This document shows, one piece after another, positions 1 through 9,352 of a DNA stretch of 64,000 bases. Each line of letters opens with the position of its first letter. The stretch's first letter is position 1. The translations under genes and the position numbers were made by a program. The DNA comes from an uncultured Clostridia bacterium (GTDB lineage: Bacteria > Bacillota > Clostridia > Oscillospirales > Ruminococcaceae): NCBI GenBank assembly GCA_945910815.1, contig CAMDZD010000006.1, forward strand, positions 10,785 through 74,784, read 5' to 3'. The notes under the pieces were generated by a model, which searched no databases, had not been told where the DNA came from, and worked only from the letters and a program-made list of their open reading frames with translations.

Positions 1-1
1 T

Positions 2-58
2 ATGGAAAAAAACAGAAAATCATCATATGATTATTTGAAAAAATCATTGGAAAAGTAA
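2..58 (+). CDS. 3' end of an upstream CDS (partial), probably part of the polysaccharide locus
   Basis: Frame reads MEKNRKSSYDYLKKSLEK* to TAA at 56-58, just before the RBS (GGAG) of the next gene. The tail resembles polysaccharide pyruvyl transferase C-termini but is too short to be sure. Confidence 0.4.
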   Translation: MEKNRKSSYDYLKKSLEK

Positions 59-76
59 TTAAAGCGGAGCTGAAAA

Positions 77-1303
77 ATGAGAATTTTAATAGTTAATACT
101 TTTTATTATCCTAATATGCAGGGCGGTGCAGAACAGAGTGTCAAGCTTCTGGCTGAAAATTTTGTTAAAAGCGGACATGAAGTCGGCGTTTTCTGCATAG
201 ATTCCAAAGAACCTGACGGTAGTATTGAGGAATATAACGGAGTTAAAATATTCCGTCACGATTCGGGCAACTTTGATTTATACGGTTTCAGCTACAATAA
301 AAAGGGATTAAGCAAATTTCAGAAAGTCAGACAGAAACTCATCTGTTATTATAATAAAAAAACACTTGATTGCTTTGATAAATTTCTGAAAGATTTTAAG
401 CCCGATGTCATACATACAAATTCTACTTATGGAATGTCAACGCTGATTTGGAAAACGGCATATAAAAATAATATTCCTGTTGTCCATACAATAAGAGATA
501 CCGCTGTTATCTCTCCGGTAATATACGGACATAAGGTTAATAATGCTGTTCTGAAAATGCACAGAATATATGTGAAGTATACAAGCAAGTTTGTTTCAGG
601 TGTAACTTCACCTTCAAATTATACGTTAAATACATCTCTGATTAACAATAATTTCAGAAATGCTGATGTAAAAAAATGTATTTTTAACAGTGTTCAAATC
701 AATATGGAACAGCTTGATAAAATAATCAGTCTTAAAAGCAACAGAAATTCTGATTTTTATAAGTTCTTTTTTGCGGGCAGGCTTATTGAAATAAAGGGAA
801 TCGTTCATCTGATAGAATCATTCAATGAACTTGGTATGGAAAATACAGAACTTCATATATGCGGAACAGGTTCTCTGCTGGATTATGTTAAAAAGGAATC
901 CGAAAAAAACAACAGAATAATTGTACATGGAAAGCTTGACAATGCAGAATTAAGCCGTGTTTATGATGAATGTGATGTTGCGGTAGTACCTTCAATATGG
1001 CCTGAACCTTTTGGAAGAGTTGTTATTGAGGCAAATCTGCATGCACTTCCCGCAATTGTTTCCGACTGCGGAGGTATGCCCGAAATTATCAGCAACACAA
1101 AAGCCGGAACTGTCTATAAAAACGGAAATAATTCCGAATTAGTCAAAGTTATGAGGGATTACTGCAACAGGGAAAAAATAAAGGAAAGTTTTGAAAATAT
1201 AAAGAATAATATCGAAATATACAGCATAGAACGTCAGATTGAAAGTTTTGAGAAAGTTTATCAGATACTTATAAATAAGGTGAAAAAAAATGAAAACATA
1301 TAA
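77..1303 (+). CDS. GT-B fold glycosyltransferase family 4
   Basis: N-terminal MRILIVNTFYYP..GGAE, KPDVIHT, C-terminal FFFAGRLIEIKG and EPFGRVVIEA (EX7E) motifs. Confidence 0.92.
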   Translation: MRILIVNTFYYPNMQGGAEQSVKLLAENFVKSGHEVGVFCIDSKEPDGSIEEYNGVKIFRHDSGNFDLYGFSYNKKGLSKFQKVRQKLICYYNKKTLDCFDKFLKDFKPDVIHTNSTYGMSTLIWKTAYKNNIPVVHTIRDTAVISPVIYGHKVNNAVLKMHRIYVKYTSKFVSGVTSPSNYTLNTSLINNNFRNADVKKCIFNSVQINMEQLDKIISLKSNRNSDFYKFFFAGRLIEIKGIVHLIESFNELGMENTELHICGTGSLLDYVKKESEKNNRIIVHGKLDNAELSRVYDECDVAVVPSIWPEPFGRVVIEANLHALPAIVSDCGGMPEIISNTKAGTVYKNGNNSELVKVMRDYCNREKIKESFENIKNNIEIYSIERQIESFEKVYQILINKVKKNENI

Positions 1304-2498
1304 TAAGTTCTTTTTCTATCTGGCATGGACAATCTATCTGATTTATTATATTGTTGTAAACGACAGCAGTTATAAAAATATACTTGATTATAACACTATC
1401 GATTCCGTTGTTAAGGCATCAACTGTATTATTGCTTCTTGTATCAGTCATATTTATAGAAAGATATTCTATGAAGTCAGTATTTGCTATAATTATTTCTG
1501 TGGGGATTTTTGCATTGTCGTCCATTAAGTCGGATTCACAGCAAATTCTGATGATTATACTTTTTGCACTTTCTGCAAAGGATAATATTAAACCGGAAAA
1601 ATTTATAAAATATGACTTGATACTGAGAACTTCTCTTGTTTTATTTGTTCTGCTTTCAGTTTTCCTCGGTATAATTGACAATGTCAAAGTTGAAATCAAC
1701 GGATATGAAAAATATTCCTTTGGCTTTAATCATGTTAATATTTTCGGAGTACTTATAGGCTCAATATTTGCTGAATTTATGATGCTGTTTTACAAAAAAA
1801 TTAAATGGTGGCATTCAATTATATTTTTTTCGGGACTGTTTGCAATTTATAAAATCGGTGTGAGCAGAACTTCAATTATTTCAATGGGATTTACATTTTT
1901 GCTGTTATTCCTGATAAAAAACAAGCGTGTCATTAAATTTATTAACAAGCATTATAAGCTTGTTTCATCATTTCCGCTGTTTATATCTTTCGGCTGTTGT
2001 TTTCTTGCAATTATTTATAAAAGAAGCAATTCTTTTTTAAGAATGATTGATACAATTCTTTCAACACGTCTTTACTGGGCTCACCATTTTTATGAAAAAT
2101 ATGGATTTTCTCTTTTTGGACACAAGATAGTTACAATAAGTACAGAAAGAGCAAAAATGCTCGGAATACAGGCTCAGATTTTTGATATGGGCTATGTAAG
2201 GCTTGCTGTTGAATATGGTATTCTGATATTTGCATTTTTTTTGCTTATATCAGTGCTTGGAAATAAATATGCTGTTCAAAGTAAAAATTATGGTCTGTTG
2301 CTTGCCTCTTTATATTTTTCATTGACTCTGATTGTAGAAACAGGCGGATACAATGTCATAAATAATATAACTCTGATATTATTCACCAAAGAATTATTGA
2401 ATTCAAATTATATATCAGAAAAAAGATATAAGCGTCTTATTCTGACTGAAAATATAAAAAACAGATTGCAGATTAATTTGAAGAAAGGTAAAACATAA
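1290..2498 (+). CDS. wzy: Wzy-like polysaccharide polymerase (multi-pass membrane protein)
   Basis: About 10 hydrophobic segments, SFGFNHVN, SRT and FDMGYVRL motifs typical of EPS polymerases; lies between a GT and a flippase. Confidence 0.7.
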   Translation: MKTYNKFFFYLAWTIYLIYYIVVNDSSYKNILDYNTIDSVVKASTVLLLLVSVIFIERYSMKSVFAIIISVGIFALSSIKSDSQQILMIILFALSAKDNIKPEKFIKYDLILRTSLVLFVLLSVFLGIIDNVKVEINGYEKYSFGFNHVNIFGVLIGSIFAEFMMLFYKKIKWWHSIIFFSGLFAIYKIGVSRTSIISMGFTFLLLFLIKNKRVIKFINKHYKLVSSFPLFISFGCCFLAIIYKRSNSFLRMIDTILSTRLYWAHHFYEKYGFSLFGHKIVTISTERAKMLGIQAQIFDMGYVRLAVEYGILIFAFFLLISVLGNKYAVQSKNYGLLLASLYFSLTLIVETGGYNVINNITLILFTKELLNSNYISEKRYKRLILTENIKNRLQINLKKGKT

Positions 2499-3946
2499 TG
2501 TCAACAGTATCAATAAAAAAAGCAACTCTGATAAATGCTGTATCAAAATACGGCAAAGTTTTGATGAACCTTGTTTTTACAGCAGTTTTATCCAGATTGT
2601 TATCACCGAATGATTACGGCGTTGTTGCCATAGTTACAGTATTTACATCCTTTTTTAATATTCTTGCGGATATGGGACTTGGAAGTGCTGTGGTTCAGAA
2701 TAAGGAACTTACAGATGATGAAGTCAATGATATATTTTCATATTCATGCTATCAGGGAATAATGCTTGCAGTTTTTTTCTGTATACTCTCTGTTCCGATT
2801 TCATTTTTCTACAAAAATAAGGTATATCTTTCAATATGCAGTATATTGTCTGTTTCAGTGCTGTTTAATACTCTGAATATGATTCCGAATGCTGTTCTGA
2901 TGAAAAACAAGAAGTTTGTGACAGTTGCCATAAGAAATATTATTTCTACGCTTGTAACGGGCGGAGTAACAATTTTACTCGCTTTTATAGGATTCAAGTA
3001 TTATGCACTTGTTCTTCAGTCAGTAACTTCAGCATTTATTCTGTTTTTATGGAATATGAAAAGCGTTAATTTAAAATTTCATTTAAAATACAATAAGTTA
3101 AGCATAAAGAAAGTTATGGGATTCAGTACATACCAGTTTGGCTATAATCTTGTGAATTATTTTTCAAGAAATACTGATAATCTGTTGATTGGCAAGTTAA
3201 TGGGAAATGAATCTCTTGCATATTACAGCAAGGGATATACACTTATGCTTTATCCTGTTCAGAATCTTACATTCGTTATATCTCCGGTTCTTCACCCGAT
3301 TTTGTCAGACCATCAGAATGATAAAAACTATATATATAATAAATATATAAAAGTTACTAAGCTTTTATCATTGTTAGGTGTTTTTGTTTCTGCGTTCTGC
3401 TTTTTCTCATCACGAGAAATTGTGCTGATAGTATTTGGAAATCAGTGGGAAGCATCTGTTCTTAGCTTCCGGATACTAAGTATATCAGTATGGTCTCAGA
3501 TGGTATCATCAACAGCCGGTTCAGTATTCCAGAGCCTTGGAAAAACAAAACTGATGTTCAATTCGGGAATTATTCAGATGATAGTTACAGTTTCAATGAT
3601 AATTATCGGCTGTCTTTTCGGAAAAATTGAATATGTTGCATTTTTTGTAACCTTCGGACTTATTGCAAAATTTTTTATTGAATTTTTCTTTCTGATAAAA
3701 AAAGCATTTGAATTTAAATTCACTTACTTTCTTAAAAACTTTTTGCCGGACTTGTTGATTTTTGTAGTATTAATAGCTGTTTCTGTACCTGGTATTTATT
3801 ATATAAATATTTCTAATATTGTAATCTCAGCTTTAGTCAAGCTTGCAATTATATCAGTTGTTTACATTATAATGCTGTTAATTCTGAAACAAACTAATTA
3901 TCTGTTTGTCATTTTGCCTAAAAAGTTAAGAAAACATAAAGTTTGA
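2498..3946 (+). CDS. wzx: Wzx-type oligosaccharide flippase
   Basis: LSRLLSPNDYGVVA..ADMGLGSAVVQ motif, 12-14 TM segments, DNLLIGK..LAYYS motif. Confidence 0.9.
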   Translation: MSTVSIKKATLINAVSKYGKVLMNLVFTAVLSRLLSPNDYGVVAIVTVFTSFFNILADMGLGSAVVQNKELTDDEVNDIFSYSCYQGIMLAVFFCILSVPISFFYKNKVYLSICSILSVSVLFNTLNMIPNAVLMKNKKFVTVAIRNIISTLVTGGVTILLAFIGFKYYALVLQSVTSAFILFLWNMKSVNLKFHLKYNKLSIKKVMGFSTYQFGYNLVNYFSRNTDNLLIGKLMGNESLAYYSKGYTLMLYPVQNLTFVISPVLHPILSDHQNDKNYIYNKYIKVTKLLSLLGVFVSAFCFFSSREIVLIVFGNQWEASVLSFRILSISVWSQMVSSTAGSVFQSLGKTKLMFNSGIIQMIVTVSMIIIGCLFGKIEYVAFFVTFGLIAKFFIEFFFLIKKAFEFKFTYFLKNFLPDLLIFVVLIAVSVPGIYYINISNIVISALVKLAIISVVYIIMLLILKQTNYLFVILPKKLRKHKV

Positions 3947-3959
3947 TTGGAGTATTATC

Positions 3960-4421
3960 ATGTCAGAAATTATGAAAAAATTAAAAATAAAAAGATGCGT
4001 GTCTTGCAGTAAGGGTTCAGAGTTTCAGTATGACGGAAATTTGAATTTAAATTCGGGTTGCTGTATAAGAGTAAGGAAGAATGCAAAGCTTAAGATTGGA
4101 AAAAATGTTTTTTTTAATAATAATTGCGTTCTGACATGCAGAGAATCAATCACAATAGGAAATAATGTTATATTCGGCCCCAATGTTTTGATATTTGATA
4201 ATGACCACGACTACAAGGATAACGATTTTATGCATAAATTTGTAACAAAGCCTATTATTATAGAGGATAATGTCTGGATAGGAGGAAATGTAACTATTCT
4301 GAAGGGTACTCATATATGTAAAGGTGCTGTAATAGGTGCAGGCTGTGTTGTCAGAGGGCGTATTGAACCTGATACCGTTATGTATACATCAAAGGATTCG
4401 TTTAAATTTAAATCAAAGTAA
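3960..4421 (+). CDS. Hexapeptide-repeat (LbH) O-acetyltransferase
   Basis: IGKNVFF, IGNNVIFGPNV, DNDHD, IEDNVWIG..V.ILKG..I.KGAVIGAG repeats. Confidence 0.85.
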   Translation: MSEIMKKLKIKRCVSCSKGSEFQYDGNLNLNSGCCIRVRKNAKLKIGKNVFFNNNCVLTCRESITIGNNVIFGPNVLIFDNDHDYKDNDFMHKFVTKPIIIEDNVWIGGNVTILKGTHICKGAVIGAGCVVRGRIEPDTVMYTSKDSFKFKSK

Positions 4422-4427
4422 AAAAAT

Positions 4428-4463
4428 ACACTTCTGATTTTTTATGAATCAGAAGTGTTTTTT
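4428..4463. terminator. Intrinsic terminator between convergent genes, probably bidirectional
   Basis: Perfect 12-bp stem ACACTTCTGATT/AATCAGAAGTGT, with an A-tract before and a T-tract after. Confidence 0.8.
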
Positions 4464-4494
4464 GGCTTTTCGGGGCTATGACACCCCCCTTTTA

Positions 4495-6654
4495 TTAAAG
4501 TTTTGTTATAACCTTTGCGAGATACTGCTGAATAGCAAGTGCATCATTTGCGTTAAGACCGTTTCCGGAGTTATGAACGTCACCGTTAATTATACCCTGT
4601 TCGGTAAGTTTATTTTCTTCGGGATTTCCGACATATGAAGCAATTGCGACAACATCGGCAATATCAATATTTCTGTCATTGTTTGCATCTCCGGCAAGTT
4701 CAGATACAGCATTTTCATCAGAAATACTGTCTATTTTCCATATTCCGTCATTGAGAATGACATTAAGTGTCATATAATCAGTAGCTCCGTAATTGTCGTA
4801 TTCTGCAACTATGTCAAAGGAAGTATCTTTTATGTTTTTGATTTCCGGAGTTTTATCCGCCCACGCAAATCCGCAACCTCTTGCGGAGGTTTTTCCATAC
4901 AGTACGCCTTTATAGTCGATATATCGGGGGTCATCAGTACCGATAATGCCGGAATAGCGTTTTGCAATCATCTTGTCAGTGAGATTTTTCTGCATAAATT
5001 CTCTGACCGTTGCCGTACTTACAAATATTGATTTTACTACCTGTGCAAATTCATTTCCGTTTTCATCGGTGAAAGCAGTGGATTTATCAAAGTCAACGAA
5101 ACTTCCTCCGAGCCATTCAATATCATTTAAAGCTGTGAGGAGTTCCTTAGCCCTTGCAATATAAGCGGATTCTTCACCTATTGAATTGATTTTCCATGAG
5201 CCTTTGTCAAGAATTACATTAAGCGTTATATAGTCAACAGCACCGTAATTGTCATATTCTGCGACTATATCAAAAGAAGTATCTGTGATGTTTTTAATTT
5301 CGGGAGCTTTTGAAGTCCAGGCAAATCCGCAACCTCTTGCGGAGGTTTTTCCGTAAAGTACGCCTTTATAGTCGATGTATCTGGGGTCATTTGTATCGAG
5401 TATTCCCGAATATCTGTAATTTATGAATTTTTTCGTGAGAACAGATTCCATATATTCACGCAAATCGGAAGTAGTGGAAAACTGTGTTTTAGCTACCTTT
5501 GCGAACTCCTCACCATTATCATTTGTGAAAGCAGTAGTCATATCAAAGGGAATATTTCCACCGCCTATCTTGTCGATGTAATCCAATGCACCCATAAGAC
5601 TGGAGGCTTTCTGACTATAATCAATTTCTGAAATTGAATTGATTTTCCATGAGCCATTGTCAAGAATTACATTAAGCGTCATATAGTCAACAGCACCGTA
5701 ATTGTCATATTCTGCGACTATATCAAAAGAAGTATCTGTGATGTTTTTAATTTCGGGAGCTTTTGAAGTCCAGGCAAATCCGCAACCTCTTGCGGAGGTT
5801 TTTCCGTAAAGTACGCCTTTATAGTCGATGTATCTGGGGTCATTTGTATCGAGTATTCCCGAATATCTGTAATTTATGAATTTTTTCGTGAGAACAGATT
5901 CCATATATTCACGCAAATCGGAAGTAGTGGAAAACTGTGTTTTAGCTACCTTTGCGAACTCCTCACCATTATCATTTGTGAAAGCAGTAGTCATATCAAA
6001 GGGAATATTTCCACCGCCTATCTTGTCGATGTAATCCAATGCACCCATAAGACTGGAGGCTTTCTGACTATAATCAATTTCTGAAATTGAATTGATTTTC
6101 CATGAGCCATTGTCAAGAATTACATTAAGCGTCATATAGTCAACAGCACCGTAATTGTCATATTCTGCGACTATATCAAAAGAAGTATCTGTGATGTTTT
6201 TAATTTCGGGAGCTTTTGAAGTCCAGGCAAATCCGCAACCTCTTGCGGAGGTTTTTCCGTAAAGTACGCCTTTATAGTCGATGTATCTGGGGTCATTTGT
6301 ATCGAGTATTCCCGAATATCTGTAATTTATGAATTTTTTCGTGAGAACAGATTCCATATATTCACGCAAATCGGAAGTAGTGGAAAACTGTGTTTTAGCT
6401 ACCTTTGCGAACTCCTCACCATTATCATTTGTGAAAGCAGTAGTCATATCAAAGGGAATATTTCCACCGCCTATCTTGTCGATGTAATCCAATGCACCCA
6501 TAAGACTGGAAGCTTTCTGCTGATAATCAACAGCTGTTTTTTCAGTTGAAACTGATACCGGCTGAAATTCAACAGCAGATACTGCCGGAACATTCAGACT
6601 CAGAGTCATCATCAGAGCTGATGTGAAGATACAAAAATTTTTGAATTTTTTCAT
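4495..6654 (-). CDS. Secreted protein with 4 tandem IseA-like (DL-endopeptidase inhibitor-like) domains and a C-terminal dockerin
   Basis: Start refined to ATG 6654 (RBS GAAAGGAAG; signal peptide MKKFKN..PAVSA). Four ~151-aa repeats; C-terminal GDANNDRNIDIADVV...GDVHNSGNGLNANDALAIQQYL dockerin. The IseA resemblance is a by-eye alignment to B. subtilis IseA. Confidence 0.75.
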   Translation of the reverse strand: MKKFKNFCIFTSALMMTLSLNVPAVSAVEFQPVSVSTEKTAVDYQQKASSLMGALDYIDKIGGGNIPFDMTTAFTNDNGEEFAKVAKTQFSTTSDLREYMESVLTKKFINYRYSGILDTNDPRYIDYKGVLYGKTSARGCGFAWTSKAPEIKNITDTSFDIVAEYDNYGAVDYMTLNVILDNGSWKINSISEIDYSQKASSLMGALDYIDKIGGGNIPFDMTTAFTNDNGEEFAKVAKTQFSTTSDLREYMESVLTKKFINYRYSGILDTNDPRYIDYKGVLYGKTSARGCGFAWTSKAPEIKNITDTSFDIVAEYDNYGAVDYMTLNVILDNGSWKINSISEIDYSQKASSLMGALDYIDKIGGGNIPFDMTTAFTNDNGEEFAKVAKTQFSTTSDLREYMESVLTKKFINYRYSGILDTNDPRYIDYKGVLYGKTSARGCGFAWTSKAPEIKNITDTSFDIVAEYDNYGAVDYITLNVILDKGSWKINSIGEESAYIARAKELLTALNDIEWLGGSFVDFDKSTAFTDENGNEFAQVVKSIFVSTATVREFMQKNLTDKMIAKRYSGIIGTDDPRYIDYKGVLYGKTSARGCGFAWADKTPEIKNIKDTSFDIVAEYDNYGATDYMTLNVILNDGIWKIDSISDENAVSELAGDANNDRNIDIADVVAIASYVGNPEENKLTEQGIINGDVHNSGNGLNANDALAIQQYLAKVITKL
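5181..6530. repeat. Three near-identical 453-bp intragenic tandem repeats, plus a diverged fourth copy at ~4728-5180
   Basis: TTGAATTGATTTTCCATGAG recurs at 5181, 5634 and 6087 (period 453). Units differ at only a few positions near their ends. Confidence 0.97.
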
Positions 6655-6668
6655 AATAAAACTTCCTT

Positions 6669-8633
6669 TCATCGTTGAAATTGACATATATCAAGCGTTT
6701 CACAGTTTTCTATACTGAATGATATAAACTGTTTTCCACAAATTATATATATATAATCATCTATATATAAAGCCCTGTTCATTCCATAACAAAATTCGTT
6801 TTCATAGTCCGAAACATTTCCGATGTAATTGAACGAATTGTTTTCAAAGGAATAAAGTTCATATACGAGTGTCACAAATTCATCAGAATAATTCTGCAAA
6901 TAATATGGTATGCCTATAATATTTTTTTCCGGAACGGTCAGCATAGACTGACTGTCCTCAAGTGCAGGAGAGCCTGACATTGCCAAATCATCAGACTTGT
7001 CTGTAAGCTCTGCTGTGATATTTATATCTTTATTTTCAATCATAGAAATTTTAAAGATATTTTGATTCTGCAATGAATTAAAACTTAAAATAAGACTGTC
7101 ATTCCATCTCTGCATATAACCGCCGTAGATAAGCTTTAAATCATCATTTAATAAAGGATTTTCGGGGTTGCTTAAATCTATTGCGAAAGTGGGTTCGGAC
7201 TGTTCAGAATATGTGAAAGCATATGCAGTATCTTCAAAAAATCTGAAATCATTTATATCCTGCTGAATATTGTTGAAATCATCAAGCAAGCCGACTGTAT
7301 TCATATCCGAATCAAGTACATATAAGGCATATTTTGTATTTACAATCTGAGTATCGGGAATATACATTACTGCAATTGCAAAATAGTCATTGTATTCATT
7401 CATAGACATCTGACTTATGGGTATTCCTTTTACATTTGCGACTGACTGCTGAATAATATTTCCGTCCGAAAGTGAAAATTTAAGTATATCTGTATTTTCA
7501 GTATATGCATTTGTATAGTTGCTTACTGTTACATAAAGATTATTTTCACTGCAGTAAACAAATTCGGCAGATTTCGCAAAGGCTTTTATATCTGTTTCAA
7601 TAAATATATCGCCGTTGCGGTCAGTATTGATATTTCCGTAATCCTGATTGATTTTTAATGCTCCTGCTGTTGTAAATCCCGTATTCAGTTCCTCGGAATT
7701 AAGTTCATGCAAATCTGACGGAATATATATATTTTCGGGTTCGGGATAATATTTTTCACCGTTTATATAATATTCGGGGAGATATTTTTCATAATCCTCT
7801 GAATTTATTTCTGAGGAAAGGTCTTTTGTTTCTGAGGTTATAATATAGATATAATCATCGTTGATTTGTATATCGCTGAAATTTCCGTTTTGAGAATATT
7901 CTCCGAGATATGCAAGCACAGGCTTTTCATTCTGATAGGCTATATTATATGCTAGAATGGTTGTTACAGTGTTTCTGTCATTTATAATATTTTCGGATAT
8001 TACAATAAGCTTATTGTCTGTTATATACATTCCGCACACTTCTGACTGTAAAATTTCGGAAAAATCTGCAATTATATCCATTGAATACCTATAAAGAAAT
8101 TCTCCGTTTTTAACACTTGCTATATTTACATATGAACTGTCACCGTCAACGCTGAATATTGATTTACCGTCTGTTACGGCTCTATTGAGTTTCTTAGTGC
8201 CCAGCTGATTATATGTTTCAGAAGTACTTTCCTGTTCGGCATTGTAAAAATTATTGTAATTCTTTGAAACTTCAGAGAATATTTCATAAACTTCGTCATA
8301 GTTTTCAGCACCTTTAATAGAAGAAAGACTGTTTTGCGAATTTTTATTAATATCCGTGAATCCTGCTGTATCTGCTGATTTTGAAAAGCTTTCGGAAGTT
8401 TTTTCATATGCGGGAGCTTTTTTTTCTATTGCATAAATTCCCACTGTACTGAACATCGCACACACTGCAAGCCCCACAACAATTTTTATATACTGATTTC
8501 TGAAAGATTTTCCGGAATATTTAACATTTTGCTGTCTTTTTGATTTAATTATCAGGTCAATATTTTCGGGGCGGAGCTGTACAGGAATTTCTTCTGATTC
8601 AAGTATTTTTTTAATTTTCTCTCTGTCGTTCAT
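6669..8633 (-). CDS. Single-TM protein with extracytoplasmic beta-propeller domain; putative anti-sigma factor
   Basis: Start refined to ATG 8633 (RBS AAAGGAGA). Short cytoplasmic N-terminus, one TM (IVVGLAVCAMFSTVGIYAI), Beta_propel-type motifs (RAVTDGKSIF, ISQMSMNEYNDYFAIA, IDLSNPENP, RALYIDDYIY). Directly downstream of an ECF sigma gene. Confidence 0.7.
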   Translation of the reverse strand: MNDREKIKKILESEEIPVQLRPENIDLIIKSKRQQNVKYSGKSFRNQYIKIVVGLAVCAMFSTVGIYAIEKKAPAYEKTSESFSKSADTAGFTDINKNSQNSLSSIKGAENYDEVYEIFSEVSKNYNNFYNAEQESTSETYNQLGTKKLNRAVTDGKSIFSVDGDSSYVNIASVKNGEFLYRYSMDIIADFSEILQSEVCGMYITDNKLIVISENIINDRNTVTTILAYNIAYQNEKPVLAYLGEYSQNGNFSDIQINDDYIYIITSETKDLSSEINSEDYEKYLPEYYINGEKYYPEPENIYIPSDLHELNSEELNTGFTTAGALKINQDYGNINTDRNGDIFIETDIKAFAKSAEFVYCSENNLYVTVSNYTNAYTENTDILKFSLSDGNIIQQSVANVKGIPISQMSMNEYNDYFAIAVMYIPDTQIVNTKYALYVLDSDMNTVGLLDDFNNIQQDINDFRFFEDTAYAFTYSEQSEPTFAIDLSNPENPLLNDDLKLIYGGYMQRWNDSLILSFNSLQNQNIFKISMIENKDINITAELTDKSDDLAMSGSPALEDSQSMLTVPEKNIIGIPYYLQNYSDEFVTLVYELYSFENNSFNYIGNVSDYENEFCYGMNRALYIDDYIYIICGKQFISFSIENCETLDICQFQR

Positions 8634-8652
8634 AAAAAAAATTCTCCTTTCA

Positions 8653-9204
8653 TCAGTCTGATTCTTCAAGATTCAGCCTTAATTTTTTCTTTATTCTCAT
8701 AAGCCTTGACCGTACTGTTGCCGGATTTATTCTGCATATTTTAGCAATTTCAAGGCTTGTATATCCGTTTATCACTGACATTGAAAGAATCATTTTTGAT
8801 TTTTCGTCAAGACTTTCGAGAGCTATTTTCAAATCATGATATTCATAGTTGAAATTCTCGGATTCTGAAACAGTTTCCTCATATTCGCATGTATTATCGT
8901 TTAAATATTCTTTCTGTTTTTTCTTTATCTTAGCGGAAAGAATTTTCATAATCCAGCTTCTGAAAGCCTTTTCATTGCGGAGATTTTTAATGGATTCAAA
9001 GGCGTCTGCAACGGCATCGCTGACCGCATCGCTTGCATCGTGACTGTTCCGGAGATTATATCTTGCTATGTGATACATGTCTTTATATACAAGGGAATAA
9101 AGGCGTGAAAATGCATCAGTATCGCCTGCAACTGCAAGCCTCACATCTTTTTCAAAACTGCTGTCATCGTCATTTATATAGGATACTGCCGAAATATCAT
9201 TCAC
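8653..9204 (-). CDS. ECF RNA polymerase sigma factor (sigma-70 family)
   Basis: Region 2 (DAFSRLY, DASDAVSDA, FRSWIMKIL) and region 4 (GYTSLEIAKI..ATVRSRLMR) motifs; GTG start with RBS AAAGGGGG. Confidence 0.93.
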   Translation of the reverse strand: MNDISAVSYINDDDSSFEKDVRLAVAGDTDAFSRLYSLVYKDMYHIARYNLRNSHDASDAVSDAVADAFESIKNLRNEKAFRSWIMKILSAKIKKKQKEYLNDNTCEYEETVSESENFNYEYHDLKIALESLDEKSKMILSMSVINGYTSLEIAKICRINPATVRSRLMRIKKKLRLNLEESD

Positions 9205-9232
9205 AATAATTCCCCCCTTTTATAAATACAGT

Positions 9233-9257
9233 GTCGTAAATAGTATATTTTGTTGCA
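9233..9257 (-). promoter_or_regulatory. Putative ECF-type (autoregulatory) promoter TGCAAC-N15-CGAC
   Basis: Minus strand TGCAAC aaaatatactattta CGAC, ~30 nt upstream of the sigma start. Resembles the Bacillota ECF consensus TG(A/C)AAC-N16-CGwC, with a spacer one base shorter. Confidence 0.5.
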
Positions 9258-9317
9258 GTGATTTATTAAATTTGTAGGAATACACAAAAATTTTTGTTTC
9301 TGTATGTATATTATGAC

Positions 9318-9349
9318 AAAAAACGGGCGGATTTTTTAAAAATCCGCCC
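9318..9349 (-). terminator. Intrinsic terminator after the ANTAR gene
   Basis: Stem GGGCGGATTT/AAATCCGCCC followed on the minus strand by a T-tract. Confidence 0.75.
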
Positions 9350-9352
9350 TTA

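Noticed and set aside
77-4421. AT-rich polysaccharide locus considered as a horizontally acquired island
   Set aside because: AT-richness and variable gene content are normal for wzx/wzy loci; no mobility genes or att sites are visible and the locus is truncated by the window edge.
5181-6530. Long direct repeats considered as a CRISPR array or mobile element
   Set aside because: Units are 453 bp, in frame, without spacers, and encode protein domains.
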